The notes: generated by a model from the sequence alone, not told the origin. 64,000 bases of DNA from Ignavibacteriota bacterium (GCA_022616555.1 JAKEEG010000091.1:1016-65015), one strand, 5' to 3'. Shown: positions 1-10,200, counted from the stretch's first letter. Numbers and translations: made by a program.

Positions 1-332
1 TAGGTTGCAGGGTCGATATCCACGTACACAGGTTTCGCACCCAAAAGCGCGATGGTTTCCGTAGTTGCAACAAATGTAAACGGGGTCGTGATCACCTCAT
101 CTCCCGGACCGATGTTTAGCGCCATTAAGGCAATTTGCAGCGCATCAGTGCCCGACGCGCAACCAATGGCATGCTTGACGCCGAAATACTTCGCGACATT
201 CATTTCAAAGTCCGTGACCTCTTTACCCAAGATATAATGCCCCGACTCCAGCACGCGTAGGACGGCAGCATCGATTTCCGGTTTAATCTTTTTATACTGT
301 GTAACAACATCAACCATCTGGATATTCATCAT
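1..332 (-). CDS. DegT/DnrJ/EryC1/StrS-family sugar aminotransferase; N-terminal ~110 aa only, the rest lies beyond the window start
   Basis: The reverse-complement translation starts MMNIQMVDVVTQYKKIKPEIDAAVLRVLESGHYILGKEVTDFE…ITTPFTFVATTE, a typical PLP sugar-aminotransferase N-terminus. Its ATG overlaps the stop of the upstream sugar transferase (ATGA). Confidence 0.8.
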   Translation of the reverse strand, partial: MMNIQMVDVVTQYKKIKPEIDAAVLRVLESGHYILGKEVTDFEMNVAKYFGVKHAIGCASGTDALQIALMALNIGPGDEVITTPFTFVATTETIALLGAKPVYVDIDPAT

Positions 333-1741
333 GCGTGGCCTTTCCCGCGCAACATGACATACATCGTATTAAACAGGATTTTCAAATCTAACCGCCAGGA
401 GAGGTTTTCAATATAGAAGAGGTCGTATTTCACCTTCACGCGCACGTCTTCAATGGACTCGTCATATTTGAGCTTCACCTGCGCCCAGCCGGTAATACCC
501 GGACGAACTTTCAGACGACGTTTGTAAAGCGGAAGTTCCTTTGTCAATTTTTCAACAAAAAAAGGGCGCTCGGGGCGGGGGCCTACGACACTCATGTCAC
601 CTTTCAGAACATTGATGAATTGAGGCATTTCATCGATATGCGTTTTGCGAATGAGCCTCCCGACACGCGTTACTCGTGGGTCGTTTTTCCCTGCCCAGAC
701 CGGACCCGATTGTTTTTCCGCGTCTGATGTCATCGAACGAAATTTGTAAATGAAAAACGATTTACTATTTCTGCCAACCCGCTCTTGTTTGTAAAACACG
801 GGGCCACGCGTATCGAGCTTGATCAGCAATGCCACAAGAATCCAAAGTGGGAAACCGAGAACAAGAATCAACAACGACACAGCAATATCGAACGCCCGCT
901 TGAGGGCGGCTTCCCACGGTTTCAGAAGCTCTGGGCTGACTTCAATTAGCGGTACTCCGTAAATCGAGCTCATACGAGCTTGTCCGCTTACAATATCGTA
1001 TAAGTCGGGGATAATTTTCATTCCAACTTCTTCTCCGTCACAAGCACGAATAACCTCAAGCAATTTATCGTGCTCGGTCGAGTCGAGTCCAATTAGCACT
1101 TCGCGCACGTTGCGTTGACGCATGAGGGTCGGGAGCTTCTCCAGGGCGCCTAACACGCGGATGCTTTGATATTCTTGTTTCTTGCCGCTCTTCGTCTTGC
1201 CCTTGCTCACGCTGACGAAGCCTATAAGCTTGTAGCCAAGAGCAGGAGATTTTAACACCATATCACAAAGCTCGAAAGCTTTTTTCGACCAGCCGATGAT
1301 CAGCGTATTTCGTGCGCCGATACCGGACTCAAGTAAACGCCGCTGCATAGCCCTGATGACGAGCCGCCCAGCGGAGACAAAGATGAAAAGCGTTAACCAA
1401 TATGCTGCGATAATTAGTCGATTCGTTTGTTGCGAACCCGTTGATGAATCATCGATGAAAATAATGAAAAAGAGAAACAACACCCCAACGCCCGTTGTGC
1501 GAAAAATCGTTATCACTTCATCAAGGCGGGATTTCGCATACCACGATTGATAGAGACCGAAAAACCCGAACCACATTAGCCAATACACGTAGACAGCAAT
1601 CATCGGAAGCCACAATTCGGGCTCAATGGGATAATCAACCCATCCGCTCCGCACTCTCAACAGATAGTAAGCGTAATAAGCCGCATTGGCGGTTAGGAAA
1701 TCAACCAAAAAAGAGAATATGCGTTCAGCGCGCTTGGACAT
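329..1741 (-). CDS. Exopolysaccharide polyprenyl glycosylphosphotransferase (bacterial sugar transferase, WbaP/EpsB-like priming enzyme)
   Basis: 470 aa with multiple N-terminal TM helices and the conserved C-terminal sugar-transferase domain (…VGPRPERPFFVEKL…PGITGWAQV…). Confidence 0.9.
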   Translation of the reverse strand: MSKRAERIFSFLVDFLTANAAYYAYYLLRVRSGWVDYPIEPELWLPMIAVYVYWLMWFGFFGLYQSWYAKSRLDEVITIFRTTGVGVLFLFFIIFIDDSSTGSQQTNRLIIAAYWLTLFIFVSAGRLVIRAMQRRLLESGIGARNTLIIGWSKKAFELCDMVLKSPALGYKLIGFVSVSKGKTKSGKKQEYQSIRVLGALEKLPTLMRQRNVREVLIGLDSTEHDKLLEVIRACDGEEVGMKIIPDLYDIVSGQARMSSIYGVPLIEVSPELLKPWEAALKRAFDIAVSLLILVLGFPLWILVALLIKLDTRGPVFYKQERVGRNSKSFFIYKFRSMTSDAEKQSGPVWAGKNDPRVTRVGRLIRKTHIDEMPQFINVLKGDMSVVGPRPERPFFVEKLTKELPLYKRRLKVRPGITGWAQVKLKYDESIEDVRVKVKYDLFYIENLSWRLDLKILFNTMYVMLRGKGHA

Positions 1742-1750
1742 AATGTTGCT

Positions 1751-2419
1751 TCAGCTACGTTCACGATTTGCGGAGTAAGCAACAACACAAAATAGTTTGC
1801 CCACAGAATGAATTTCAAATCGCTGGAAGCCGGCTTCGCGCAACACGGCGACAAGTTTTTTCTTCGTGTAGAAATAGACTGGGCAACCTCTCAGCCCCAG
1901 CCGAATTTTTCGGACAGGCGCCCGCCACGTCCAGAACCGTGGAAAGGAAAGAATTACTCTATCAGTCGTGACCTGTTTCATTTTTTGCAGTACTGGTACC
2001 GCATCCTGAATATAGTCAAACAGTCCGATGCCGATAGAAATATCAAATATATCATTCACGGCATATTCCAACAAATCACTTTGTATAAACGAGCATCGGT
2101 CCTGTACGCCTTTCGCAGTCGCAAATTGCGTGCAGAGTTCTAACATATTCTTAGCGATATCAATGCCGGTGACATGCTTCGCTCCCCTGAGCGCAAATTC
2201 CACTGCATAAAGACCGTTTCCGCAGCCGACATCAAGAAAAGTCCTGTTTTCAATAGGTGCTGAATGCTCAAGCGTAAACAAAAACCGCTCATACATATCT
2301 TTCCTAAAGAATTTATCCAGCCAAACGGACAAAGGGGATTTTTCGTGCGAGTAGATTTTTTGAAATGAATCCGCTTCGCTATCCCAGTAGGTCATTTGTG
2401 TTTTGATTTCAGACTTCAT
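1751..2419 (-). CDS. Class I SAM-dependent methyltransferase
   Basis: Motif I LDVGCGNGLYAVEFA and a Rossmann-like layout; the 10-bp overlap with the downstream gene suggests an operon. Confidence 0.75.
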   Translation of the reverse strand: MKSEIKTQMTYWDSEADSFQKIYSHEKSPLSVWLDKFFRKDMYERFLFTLEHSAPIENRTFLDVGCGNGLYAVEFALRGAKHVTGIDIAKNMLELCTQFATAKGVQDRCSFIQSDLLEYAVNDIFDISIGIGLFDYIQDAVPVLQKMKQVTTDRVILSFPRFWTWRAPVRKIRLGLRGCPVYFYTKKKLVAVLREAGFQRFEIHSVGKLFCVVAYSANRERS

Positions 2420-3236
2420 TCCTTAATACCTCCCGTACAGTCGTAAATCGAAAATCATTCAGGAGCTTTCTCATTTTTTTCTCAGTATGCTCAAGGCCAT
2501 AATAATGCCGAATACGTTTAGAGAACGGCAAGCGTACCCGCGGCTGACCGGGGTCCAATTCCCACGGGTGGATATAAAAAATAACCGGTCGCCCCTGTGC
2601 GTTGCATTGGCGCAGCGCTTGTTGCGTGTAGAGATACGGCGCCAGTCTCAAATAAGCGCCGCCACAACAAGGCAGTCTCTGTCCGAACATTTCCGCACAC
2701 GATAGCGGGAACTCCACCAATGACGGCGTAACTTGATACGGCGCCAGCGGGGCATCCGAAATACCGTAATCAGGGTGAAACCCAATTGGGAACACCGAAG
2801 AATCGTACCAAAACCCTTGTTGTTCGAGAATCGGGAAAGCCCACATCGTTTGCTTGGTAATGCTGAACGACGGAGCGCGAAAACCCCCCAAATGCTGTTT
2901 CACTCCACACTGGCGCACGGCTTCCACCGCCCTCTGCAGGTCCATGCTAAATTCATCCCTGCTAATCTTCGTCAGTTGGAGATGATAATAACCGTGAATG
3001 CCTATTTCATGTCCTTGCTGTTCAATTTCGCGAAGCAAATGTGGAACACGTTCGGCAACCCACCCTAATGCAAAAAATGTCGCCTTCACATTCGATGCCT
3101 CAAAAAGATTCAATAGCCGATGGGTGTTCTGTTCGACGCGAAGCTCGCACCGGTGCCATTGTTCCCGCGGGATCTTCTCGTTAAGATTGGATACGCAGAA
3201 CCAATCTTCGAGGTCAACGGTCATGGCGTTATTCAT
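2409..3236 (-). CDS. Polysaccharide deacetylase family protein (PEP-CTERM/EPS-locus type)
   Basis: NodB-like motifs (TVDLEDWF, FFALGWVAE, HEIGIHGYYH). The likely start is MNNAM at 3236, overlapping the GT4 stop as TAATG. Confidence 0.8.
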   Translation of the reverse strand: MNNAMTVDLEDWFCVSNLNEKIPREQWHRCELRVEQNTHRLLNLFEASNVKATFFALGWVAERVPHLLREIEQQGHEIGIHGYYHLQLTKISRDEFSMDLQRAVEAVRQCGVKQHLGGFRAPSFSITKQTMWAFPILEQQGFWYDSSVFPIGFHPDYGISDAPLAPYQVTPSLVEFPLSCAEMFGQRLPCCGGAYLRLAPYLYTQQALRQCNAQGRPVIFYIHPWELDPGQPRVRLPFSKRIRHYYGLEHTEKKMRKLLNDFRFTTVREVLRNEV

Positions 3237-4402
3237 TAGGATCTCTTGTGATTCAGGAGCGGTTGCATTGCATTGAGAAAGCGGTCGGCGAGAAGATCCC
3301 ATGTATACGTCGAGAGCACCAACTGCCTACCATGCTCGATTCTCTTTTGCTTTTCTGTTGGGTCATCCAAAATCGAGCGGATTTGGTCCATAACTTCTTC
3401 TAGTGTGTCCGCGTAATAAAATATCTCTCCGCGCTCATCAATGCGCAGTAATCCAAACAATCTAGTGGAAACAATCGGCTTACCGTTAATTAAGTACTCG
3501 AACACCTTGATAGGAGACGCAGCATGAGCGATCTCTCCCTTTTTTCGTAAGTTGAGACAAACCTGCATTTCCGAAATATACTTCATCGCCTGTGGATGCG
3601 GTACCGCACCTGTGAGCACTACGTTATTCAATTGCTTCTTGACAACGAGTTCTTTAATCCGAGGGAAATCACGCCCGGCTCCCACAAACAGGAATGCGCA
3701 ATCGTTCATCCGTTCGGCGACGGTAAGCATCAAATCCAAATCAATCGAATATTCGAATGCACCTACATATCCCACGACAGGCTTGGACTTGTTCACACGC
3801 AGCTCCGTTGTCTCACGAAATTCAGCAGGAACATCAGCACCGTTGGAGATAACAATTTTCGAGTTATTCTGGATTTTTTCTTCTAAAACTTTCGAAACAG
3901 CCACCACGAGAGAGGATTTCTCAAACATCTTACGGAGCATCCAAACGCTCAATCGCGAGAGAATGTTTGTAGGCGAAATTTGTAACTCATGCTGCAACAT
4001 TGATACATAATCATCTGCATAATCAAAAACGATCGGCATGGAATTTCCGAGCGTATAGAGATATAGCGGGAAATTGTTCAGGATCAACACATCGGGTTGA
4101 TGCACCCTGATAAGGTATCGAAGTACGAAAAATGTTTTTATCGTGTAGAAAGCCTTCTTGAAAATTTTATCCACCGGGAATTTTGTATTCCAGAACCAGG
4201 GAGAAATGGGCACAGTGTGCAAGACGATGTTTTTATGTACTTGCGCCGGGATTTCTATGTAATTTGTTTCTTCGGACTCCCGGGGAGGAGGCTGAATGAC
4301 AATGACCGTATGACCCTTTTCCGCAAACTTCTTAAACAGGTGATGCCATCGGGAATGGTTGGCCGAATTCCACCGCGCCATATAGGGAAAAATAATTTTC
4401 AT
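3236..4402 (-). CDS. Glycosyltransferase family 4 (GT-B fold)
   Basis: 388 aa. The C-terminal half carries the GT4 EX7E-like region (…VGAFEYSIDLDL…GEIFYYADTLEE…) and it sits in operon context with other EPS genes. Confidence 0.85.
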   Translation of the reverse strand: MKIIFPYMARWNSANHSRWHHLFKKFAEKGHTVIVIQPPPRESEETNYIEIPAQVHKNIVLHTVPISPWFWNTKFPVDKIFKKAFYTIKTFFVLRYLIRVHQPDVLILNNFPLYLYTLGNSMPIVFDYADDYVSMLQHELQISPTNILSRLSVWMLRKMFEKSSLVVAVSKVLEEKIQNNSKIVISNGADVPAEFRETTELRVNKSKPVVGYVGAFEYSIDLDLMLTVAERMNDCAFLFVGAGRDFPRIKELVVKKQLNNVVLTGAVPHPQAMKYISEMQVCLNLRKKGEIAHAASPIKVFEYLINGKPIVSTRLFGLLRIDERGEIFYYADTLEEVMDQIRSILDDPTEKQKRIEHGRQLVLSTYTWDLLADRFLNAMQPLLNHKRS

Positions 4403-4408
4403 GTAGTG

Positions 4409-5611
4409 CTATTCCTGTACAACCGCTTTCCTGGCTTGGAGATATACTTTCTCAAATTCTTCTGCGATACGTTCCCAGCGATAGTGGCTAACCGCAAGCC
4501 GATAAGCGTTCTCGGCGAGTTTCTTCCGGAGCGGGGAATTTCTCAGAAGCCTTACCACCTGCGAAGCGAATTGTTGTTCAGTATCAGCAACCAGAAGATG
4601 CTCGTTATCTTTTCCGAGAATACCTTCGCATCCGATGGAGGTTGAAACAACGGGGACGCCCATGGCAAAGCTTTCTACAATCTTGAGCCGCATCCCGCCA
4701 CCAATCCTCAGCGGAACAACGGCTAATTCGTACCGCTGCAGTTCATCTTTGATATCCGGGACAAATCCGCGAATAACTATCTGCCGGCTGTTCATCTGTT
4801 GCACATTTGGCGGGATGTTCTTGCCAATGATATGCAATACCGAGTCGGGCTGTTCCTGTTGAATTTTTGGAAAAATTCCGGAAAGAAACCACATCAGAGC
4901 GTCCTTGTTAGGAAGCCAAGCAAAATTCCCAACCAAAGCAATCGATGATGGCAATTTATCCTGCACAGATGGAGACTCGAAATAACGCTCCTCCACACCC
5001 GCCGGAATTGTATGTGTCTTGACGTTCGGATTAAGCTGCCGCAGCCGCAATGTGTCGTTTTCGGTTATTGTGCAGCACATATCGAACTGCGCTGTCATCT
5101 TCGCTTCGAACGCACGAATTCTGCGTGCCTGCATATCCAACCATTGGCGGAATACCGGCGTGTGATTGTTCTCTGCGTAACGCTCCAGTATTGCACTCTC
5201 AACATTGTGCTCGCGCAACACGATGGGTAAACCAAACTGTTGCTTGCAATAAACCCCGTATGGCGACATGTGTAAATGGTCAACGTGAACAACGTCAAAC
5301 GTTTGCGACGCCAATATGTTGCGCAGCGAGTCCAGGTATAGCGGCGATACATATTTCTGGATATTGTAAGACATATCTGAAAAAAGATTCTTCAATGCCG
5401 CAAAAACGTTATTCTTATTGGAATGTGGCACAGTAACCAATTCGCATACATCTTCGAGAGGTTTTCGCTCCTCCGCCCGCGTTTGCTCTAGCGCGAGCAT
5501 CGTAATCTGATGACCGCGCTTGGCGAGATGCTTCGTTATGTTAAATATACCAACTTTTCCCCCGTCTGTGAGAGGATAAGGAACTTGTGGGGAGAGCTGG
5601 AGAATATTCAT
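4409..5611 (-). CDS. Glycosyltransferase family 4
   Basis: 400 aa with the N-terminal motif LTDGGKVGIFNITKHLAKRGHQITMLAL, typical of GT4 N-domains, and a C-terminal GT1/GT4 domain. Confidence 0.85.
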   Translation of the reverse strand: MNILQLSPQVPYPLTDGGKVGIFNITKHLAKRGHQITMLALEQTRAEERKPLEDVCELVTVPHSNKNNVFAALKNLFSDMSYNIQKYVSPLYLDSLRNILASQTFDVVHVDHLHMSPYGVYCKQQFGLPIVLREHNVESAILERYAENNHTPVFRQWLDMQARRIRAFEAKMTAQFDMCCTITENDTLRLRQLNPNVKTHTIPAGVEERYFESPSVQDKLPSSIALVGNFAWLPNKDALMWFLSGIFPKIQQEQPDSVLHIIGKNIPPNVQQMNSRQIVIRGFVPDIKDELQRYELAVVPLRIGGGMRLKIVESFAMGVPVVSTSIGCEGILGKDNEHLLVADTEQQFASQVVRLLRNSPLRKKLAENAYRLAVSHYRWERIAEEFEKVYLQARKAVVQE

Positions 5612-5654
5612 TTTTAATTAGTGCTTAACTTACTTTTTTTGCAAAACTTGAAGA

Positions 5655-6908
5655 TCAAGCACTTATGGCGCCAAATGTTTTCCATGTTCCCGGGCTACCA
5701 GCTGTAACACATACCCAACCTATAGTGCCACCGGCAGATGGCGTAGTGTTATAAATAACATCACCTCTCGTCCATGTTCCTGATCCAGGGGACGCAGTTC
5801 CATAGAATATTCGGACACCATTCGTAATAAGGCCTACACGTTCTGTATCAAGACGCGTTTTACATGTCACACCACTGCCATCCAAATGAATAACAGAGCT
5901 CCCACTGCTATAAGAAATGAATGTATTTCCACCAGTTGGCAACATTGTCTGATTTATTGTTACTGTAGCTCCAGTTTGAACTATCATGTTATAACTATCC
6001 CGTGGTGTAACAAAATTTTCAAATCGACAGCCATTTAAAGATACCTTGGATGCCTCAAACCACAAATACGCTCGAGTACCACCGGTAACACCATCGATAT
6101 CATATGTTCGGAATCCATTTACAACCCCCTCTGTGTACAAAAACTGTAAAACCTCTCCGGTAACATCTTCAGTTCCACAACCATTTAATGTAATTCCGTG
6201 ACAAACATCAAACTTGTAGGCTGCAGTTGTAATGTGGTCACTGCCACAACTATTGAAGGTCGAGTAAACAAGTCCGTAAATATCATACCCGATAGAACTG
6301 GTGTTCGCAAAAACACGTGTTGCTGTCAAAGTCGTGCCAGTTCCTGCGTTAGATCCATCGTTTGCATACTTCAACGCACTAGTACAAGTAAAAACTTCAA
6401 ACGCTTCTATAATTGTCAGCCATGAATCGTAAGTAAAGAAACCAAAGTTACAGTCGATAGAAATAACGTTTCTTATCGTAAGGTAAGCAGTCCTTGGGGC
6501 ATAAATTGCATATGTATTGTCCGTTGTATGTCCCTGCAGGGTAAGGTTCTCAATGATGATATTGTACCCATAATCGTTATCAGGGTGATCAATGCTAAGC
6601 AGGCTGTCAACAACAAAAGAATCTGTTACCGTTCCTCCACGAGCGGCTCGATTGGGAGTTGAACCGTTTGTATTAGTCGTTTTCTTTATAATCGTACCTC
6701 TGCAATTATTGCCGGTGAGACTTATACGGCCGTTTACGGGTAAGCGCAGAGGAGAAGTAATTTTATACGTTCCATCGGGAAAATATACTACACCATTAGT
6801 ACTCGCAGCTGCATTTATAGCATTCTGTATACTTGTTGTGTCATCCGTCATTCCGTTGCCTGCAGCCGAGTAATCTGTCTTTACGTTATATACATTGAAC
6901 GTTCCCAT
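5655..6908 (-). CDS. Right-handed beta-helix / pectate-lyase-superfamily protein (possible polysaccharide depolymerase or glycanase)
   Basis: The N-terminus (DYSAAGNGMTDDTTSIQNAINAAASTNGVVYFPDGTYKITSPLRL) is the classic pectate-lyase-3-like signature. Composition is Gly/Thr/Asn-rich and repetitive, and GC is lower than in flanking genes. Confidence 0.6.
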   Translation of the reverse strand: MGTFNVYNVKTDYSAAGNGMTDDTTSIQNAINAAASTNGVVYFPDGTYKITSPLRLPVNGRISLTGNNCRGTIIKKTTNTNGSTPNRAARGGTVTDSFVVDSLLSIDHPDNDYGYNIIIENLTLQGHTTDNTYAIYAPRTAYLTIRNVISIDCNFGFFTYDSWLTIIEAFEVFTCTSALKYANDGSNAGTGTTLTATRVFANTSSIGYDIYGLVYSTFNSCGSDHITTAAYKFDVCHGITLNGCGTEDVTGEVLQFLYTEGVVNGFRTYDIDGVTGGTRAYLWFEASKVSLNGCRFENFVTPRDSYNMIVQTGATVTINQTMLPTGGNTFISYSSGSSVIHLDGSGVTCKTRLDTERVGLITNGVRIFYGTASPGSGTWTRGDVIYNTTPSAGGTIGWVCVTAGSPGTWKTFGAISA

Positions 6909-7093
6909 TGTGAATCTCCATGTGGTTATTTTTTTGTAGCGGACTATTTTTCGGGCTTCACAAGAGGGCTAAAATTGTTAGCAAACTTAGCCGTAATCGC
7001 GGTTACGTAATAGGAATGCTTAGCAACCTCTACCTCCTCCAAAAAAAATTAGCCCCAACAGCGATAGCATATATGATACCATTTTTTAAAACA

Positions 7094-7747
7094 TTAGAAT
7101 CGATTTTTTCTCGCAAAAACAAAATCTGCAAACCCCAAAATATCCCAAAATACACTTCCCGGTACATACCCTTGAGTTATTTTGGTGAAAACAATTTTTA
7201 CTGGAGTAAGTAGAACCCGTAGCCAATCCCTCCTGACGCCACTCTTCAATACTTGGAATTTATTCTCAGGGAGGATAGAACTAATTTCTTCAACAGTAAA
7301 TATTCTGCAATGCGTCGGGTCGTCATAGAAATTCAACGTGTCTCTTTTACTAGGGAATCGCGTGCTCCGTTTAGAAGGGAATTCGACATAGATAAACCCT
7401 CCGGATTTTAACTTATTCAATAGTAATCGAAGTACTTCATCCCCGTTATGTAGATGCTCAATTACATGTGACATTATGATAACATCAAAAAAATTTTCTG
7501 GAATCAATGTAAAATCGAGCACTGTAAGATCGAGCTCATAAAACTCGGTCATCGCCTCAAAATCCGATGCGTCATTATTGTAGGATTTTTCTTTGTCGAT
7601 TCCATAATAATCACATAAAGGGAACCATTGCTTGGTTATTGTAGCTGAATGGCTTCCAGCCCCAACATCTAACAATGAAAACTTCCTTCCGCTGTATATT
7701 TTCCGCAGTTCTTTAAAACGTGTCGGGACTAATACTGACATATTCAT
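7094..7747 (-). CDS. Class I SAM-dependent methyltransferase
   Basis: Motif I LLDVGAGSHSAT, followed by DVIIMSHVIEHL and GGFIYVEFP, typical of Methyltransf_11/23. The gene is AT-rich. Confidence 0.7.
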   Translation of the reverse strand: MNMSVLVPTRFKELRKIYSGRKFSLLDVGAGSHSATITKQWFPLCDYYGIDKEKSYNNDASDFEAMTEFYELDLTVLDFTLIPENFFDVIIMSHVIEHLHNGDEVLRLLLNKLKSGGFIYVEFPSKRSTRFPSKRDTLNFYDDPTHCRIFTVEEISSILPENKFQVLKSGVRRDWLRVLLTPVKIVFTKITQGYVPGSVFWDILGFADFVFARKNRF

Positions 7748-7869
7748 TATCTTTCTTTTACGCGATTACAGATATTCTCAAAAAAAGCCAACCCGCTTCT
7801 CTTAGCAGGAACAGGGAGTTTCTTACCACACACCCATGAAAGCCTTAAAATATATTGTGATTTTTCGAA

Positions 7870-8301
7870 CTAACGTTCATTGAACGTAAAGAGCCAAGCC
7901 AAAGCATAGACGGCGATTCTTAGAACGACGCCAATCTGCTTTAACAAAATGGTCGAAGCTTGGCTTAAACCGCTTCCAATGCTCTCTACATCATTGATGA
8001 ATCGAATACCATCAATTACAACGTCGTTTACGATCTGCTTTTGAGATGTATTATCCGGAATATCGTTATTAATTTCTATCAAAGGGGCGCTTGATGATAG
8101 ACTACTTCCTTTTTTAATTACGGTCCCGCGTCCCAAAATAGTTATTTGCCGTTGCCTCAAATACACCGTTGAATTCAGTGTATAATCTCGATTAAGGAAA
8201 AGGATAACCCCTCTCTCCAGATCGTCAAAAATCTCTTGTAGGTCGTCAGGATCCAGTTCTTCTGTAGCATATTTATTCTCTATGGCATAGTGGACCTCCA
8301 T
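7870..8301 (-). CDS. Hypothetical protein, possibly the N-terminal fragment of a beta-helix (pectate-lyase-fold) protein
   Basis: 143 aa. The pattern DPDDLQEIFDDLERGVILFLNRDYTLNSTVYL…ITILGRGTVIKK resembles the N-terminal cap of pectate-lyase-superfamily proteins, but no full repeat domain follows. Confidence 0.35.
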   Translation of the reverse strand: MEVHYAIENKYATEELDPDDLQEIFDDLERGVILFLNRDYTLNSTVYLRQRQITILGRGTVIKKGSSLSSSAPLIEINNDIPDNTSQKQIVNDVVIDGIRFINDVESIGSGLSQASTILLKQIGVVLRIAVYALAWLFTFNER

Positions 8302-8414
8302 GCAGTTTACTAGTGGTAGTGAATTGTTTTATGAGCATGCAGATCAAACTGACTAAATAGTTATTTTAGCCATAATCGCGATTCTGGGAATAGGTACCCA
8401 TTGTCTGCACCTCC

Positions 8415-9278
8415 TCACTTTTCAGCTTTTTCACTATGGCTCAACAACACGTCTCGATCAAAGCCTGGGCTTAAGTAATTGGTATCAACCATCGTCGCAA
8501 TAGTCGGGATAGGAGCCCATATCCTCCACCTTCTGCCAAATAAGATTTGACCAGAGCAAAAGAGCCAAGCTTTAACGAGTATCTTAAACAACAGCATATT
8601 TGTAAACAAATATTTGATGAAAAGCACTGGATTAAACACCCTGAACTTGGTAAGGCTTAGCCCTATGCTCGCGTCATAATTATTTTTGGTATAAGTCTGA
8701 AAAACATTTCTAGTTTTCTGTAATGTCGTTTTCGTTGTTAAAAACGTCAAGCAAGTCGAATTAACTGTTCGCCAATGTCTAGCTCCAAATGCTCGTGTCT
8801 CGTTGGAATGGTGGTGCAAATCAAGTGTATAATTATCAGGGTGGTCAAACGGCGTGACAATGTGTGCGTCAGGATTATTTTGTAAGAACTGCACCATCTC
8901 GGAAAATTGATTTGGCAAGTAATAGTAGTCATCTTCTGCAAAATATACCAACTCCGATAAATTTTGGTTTGACAAAATATCAAGCTGCATATTGAATGTT
9001 CCCGCGTTGCCTGTCTTTGACAAAGGAACTAATTCTAAGTCCTCCTCACGAAAATACTGTTTGAACAACGCCTGATATTCCTCTGGGCAGTTATCAAGCA
9101 ATACCCACATTTTTACTTTCAAATTGCCGAGCGAGTCTTTGAATGATTTCAGGCAAACCTCCGACAACTTGTACTTATTATCGCTGAAGATAATTGGAGT
9201 CTTAGATACTCCGGGGTAAATCCGATACGCGATGGCGACATCGTATTTAGACATATTTGAAATAGAGGCAGTCACCAA
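8415..9278 (-). CDS. Putative glycosyltransferase (GT-A-like, with an EDD acidic motif)
   Basis: 287 aa. It has an LLDNCPEEY…VYFAEDDYYYLPNQ DxD-like motif and overlaps the GT2 gene by 7 bp. The assignment is weak. Confidence 0.45.
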   Translation of the reverse strand: MVTASISNMSKYDVAIAYRIYPGVSKTPIIFSDNKYKLSEVCLKSFKDSLGNLKVKMWVLLDNCPEEYQALFKQYFREEDLELVPLSKTGNAGTFNMQLDILSNQNLSELVYFAEDDYYYLPNQFSEMVQFLQNNPDAHIVTPFDHPDNYTLDLHHHSNETRAFGARHWRTVNSTCLTFLTTKTTLQKTRNVFQTYTKNNYDASIGLSLTKFRVFNPVLFIKYLFTNMLLFKILVKAWLFCSGQILFGRRWRIWAPIPTIATMVDTNYLSPGFDRDVLLSHSEKAEK

Positions 9279-10183
9279 GATTTCACGAAGGCTTTAAGGT
9301 AGGATTTTGACTTTTGCAGCCATCGTACGTCAAACGTGAGCAATCCAGAAACAAAATACACCACTACCCTCAGTCCAATTCCAACATACTTCAATACTAC
9401 GGCCATAAACAGCTGAAACCCTCCAAAATGTTTACGAAGGAACAATAGCTGCGTTGAATGAAGCTGGTCAACGTATTTTTCCGTGCTCTCGATTGAGCTG
9501 CCGCCATAATGAATTACCCTCGCTTCAGGCACAAAATACGTTTGCAGACCAAGTTGATGTGCGCGGAAGCAAAAATCTACCTCCTCGTTATACATAAAGA
9601 ACTGCTCATCGAGCAGTCCGATTTTTTCGAACATATCCCTGCGGATCATCATAAACGCGCCCATCACCACATCCACGCGCCTCGCTGTTTCGTGGTCGAA
9701 ATAGGTCATGTAGTATGAGCCGAAAAGCGTTGTACGTGGATACAGTTTGTAAAGAAAAAAACTTTCTGAAAATAAATTCCACACAGAGGGAAAGCTTCTG
9801 CATGAATACTGAAGCGTTCCGTCGGCATTCAGCAGTTTACATCCCACGATCGAAGTATCAGGGTGCTTCTCCATAAATTTGACGATTGTATCAATCGCTC
9901 CGTCAAGAATTTTTGTGTCTGAATTGAGCAGAAGAATATATCTGCCTGCAGCTATTCGTATCGCCTGATTATTTGCAGCTGCAAACCCCTTGTTCTCCGA
10001 GTTAAGGATTTTCTTTGCCTGCGGGAAATCCTTTTCAAGCATTTCTATGCTTCCATCGGTAGAATTGTTGTCTACGACTATAACCTCAAACGAAATCTCC
10101 TTTGTTTCAGAGTAAACGGACGAAAGACATTCGAAGAGAAGCTGCTTGGTATTATAACTGACAACAATGACAGTGAGATCCAT
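9272..10183 (-). CDS. Glycosyltransferase family 2
   Basis: MDLTVIVVSYNTKQLL…VIVVDNNSTDGS…KGFAAANNQAI…LLLNSDT: the canonical GT2 (rhamnosyltransferase-like) N-terminal motifs. Confidence 0.85.
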   Translation of the reverse strand: MDLTVIVVSYNTKQLLFECLSSVYSETKEISFEVIVVDNNSTDGSIEMLEKDFPQAKKILNSENKGFAAANNQAIRIAAGRYILLLNSDTKILDGAIDTIVKFMEKHPDTSIVGCKLLNADGTLQYSCRSFPSVWNLFSESFFLYKLYPRTTLFGSYYMTYFDHETARRVDVVMGAFMMIRRDMFEKIGLLDEQFFMYNEEVDFCFRAHQLGLQTYFVPEARVIHYGGSSIESTEKYVDQLHSTQLLFLRKHFGGFQLFMAVVLKYVGIGLRVVVYFVSGLLTFDVRWLQKSKSYLKAFVKSW

Positions 10184-10200
10184 TCGGAAGCGCTAGGTCA

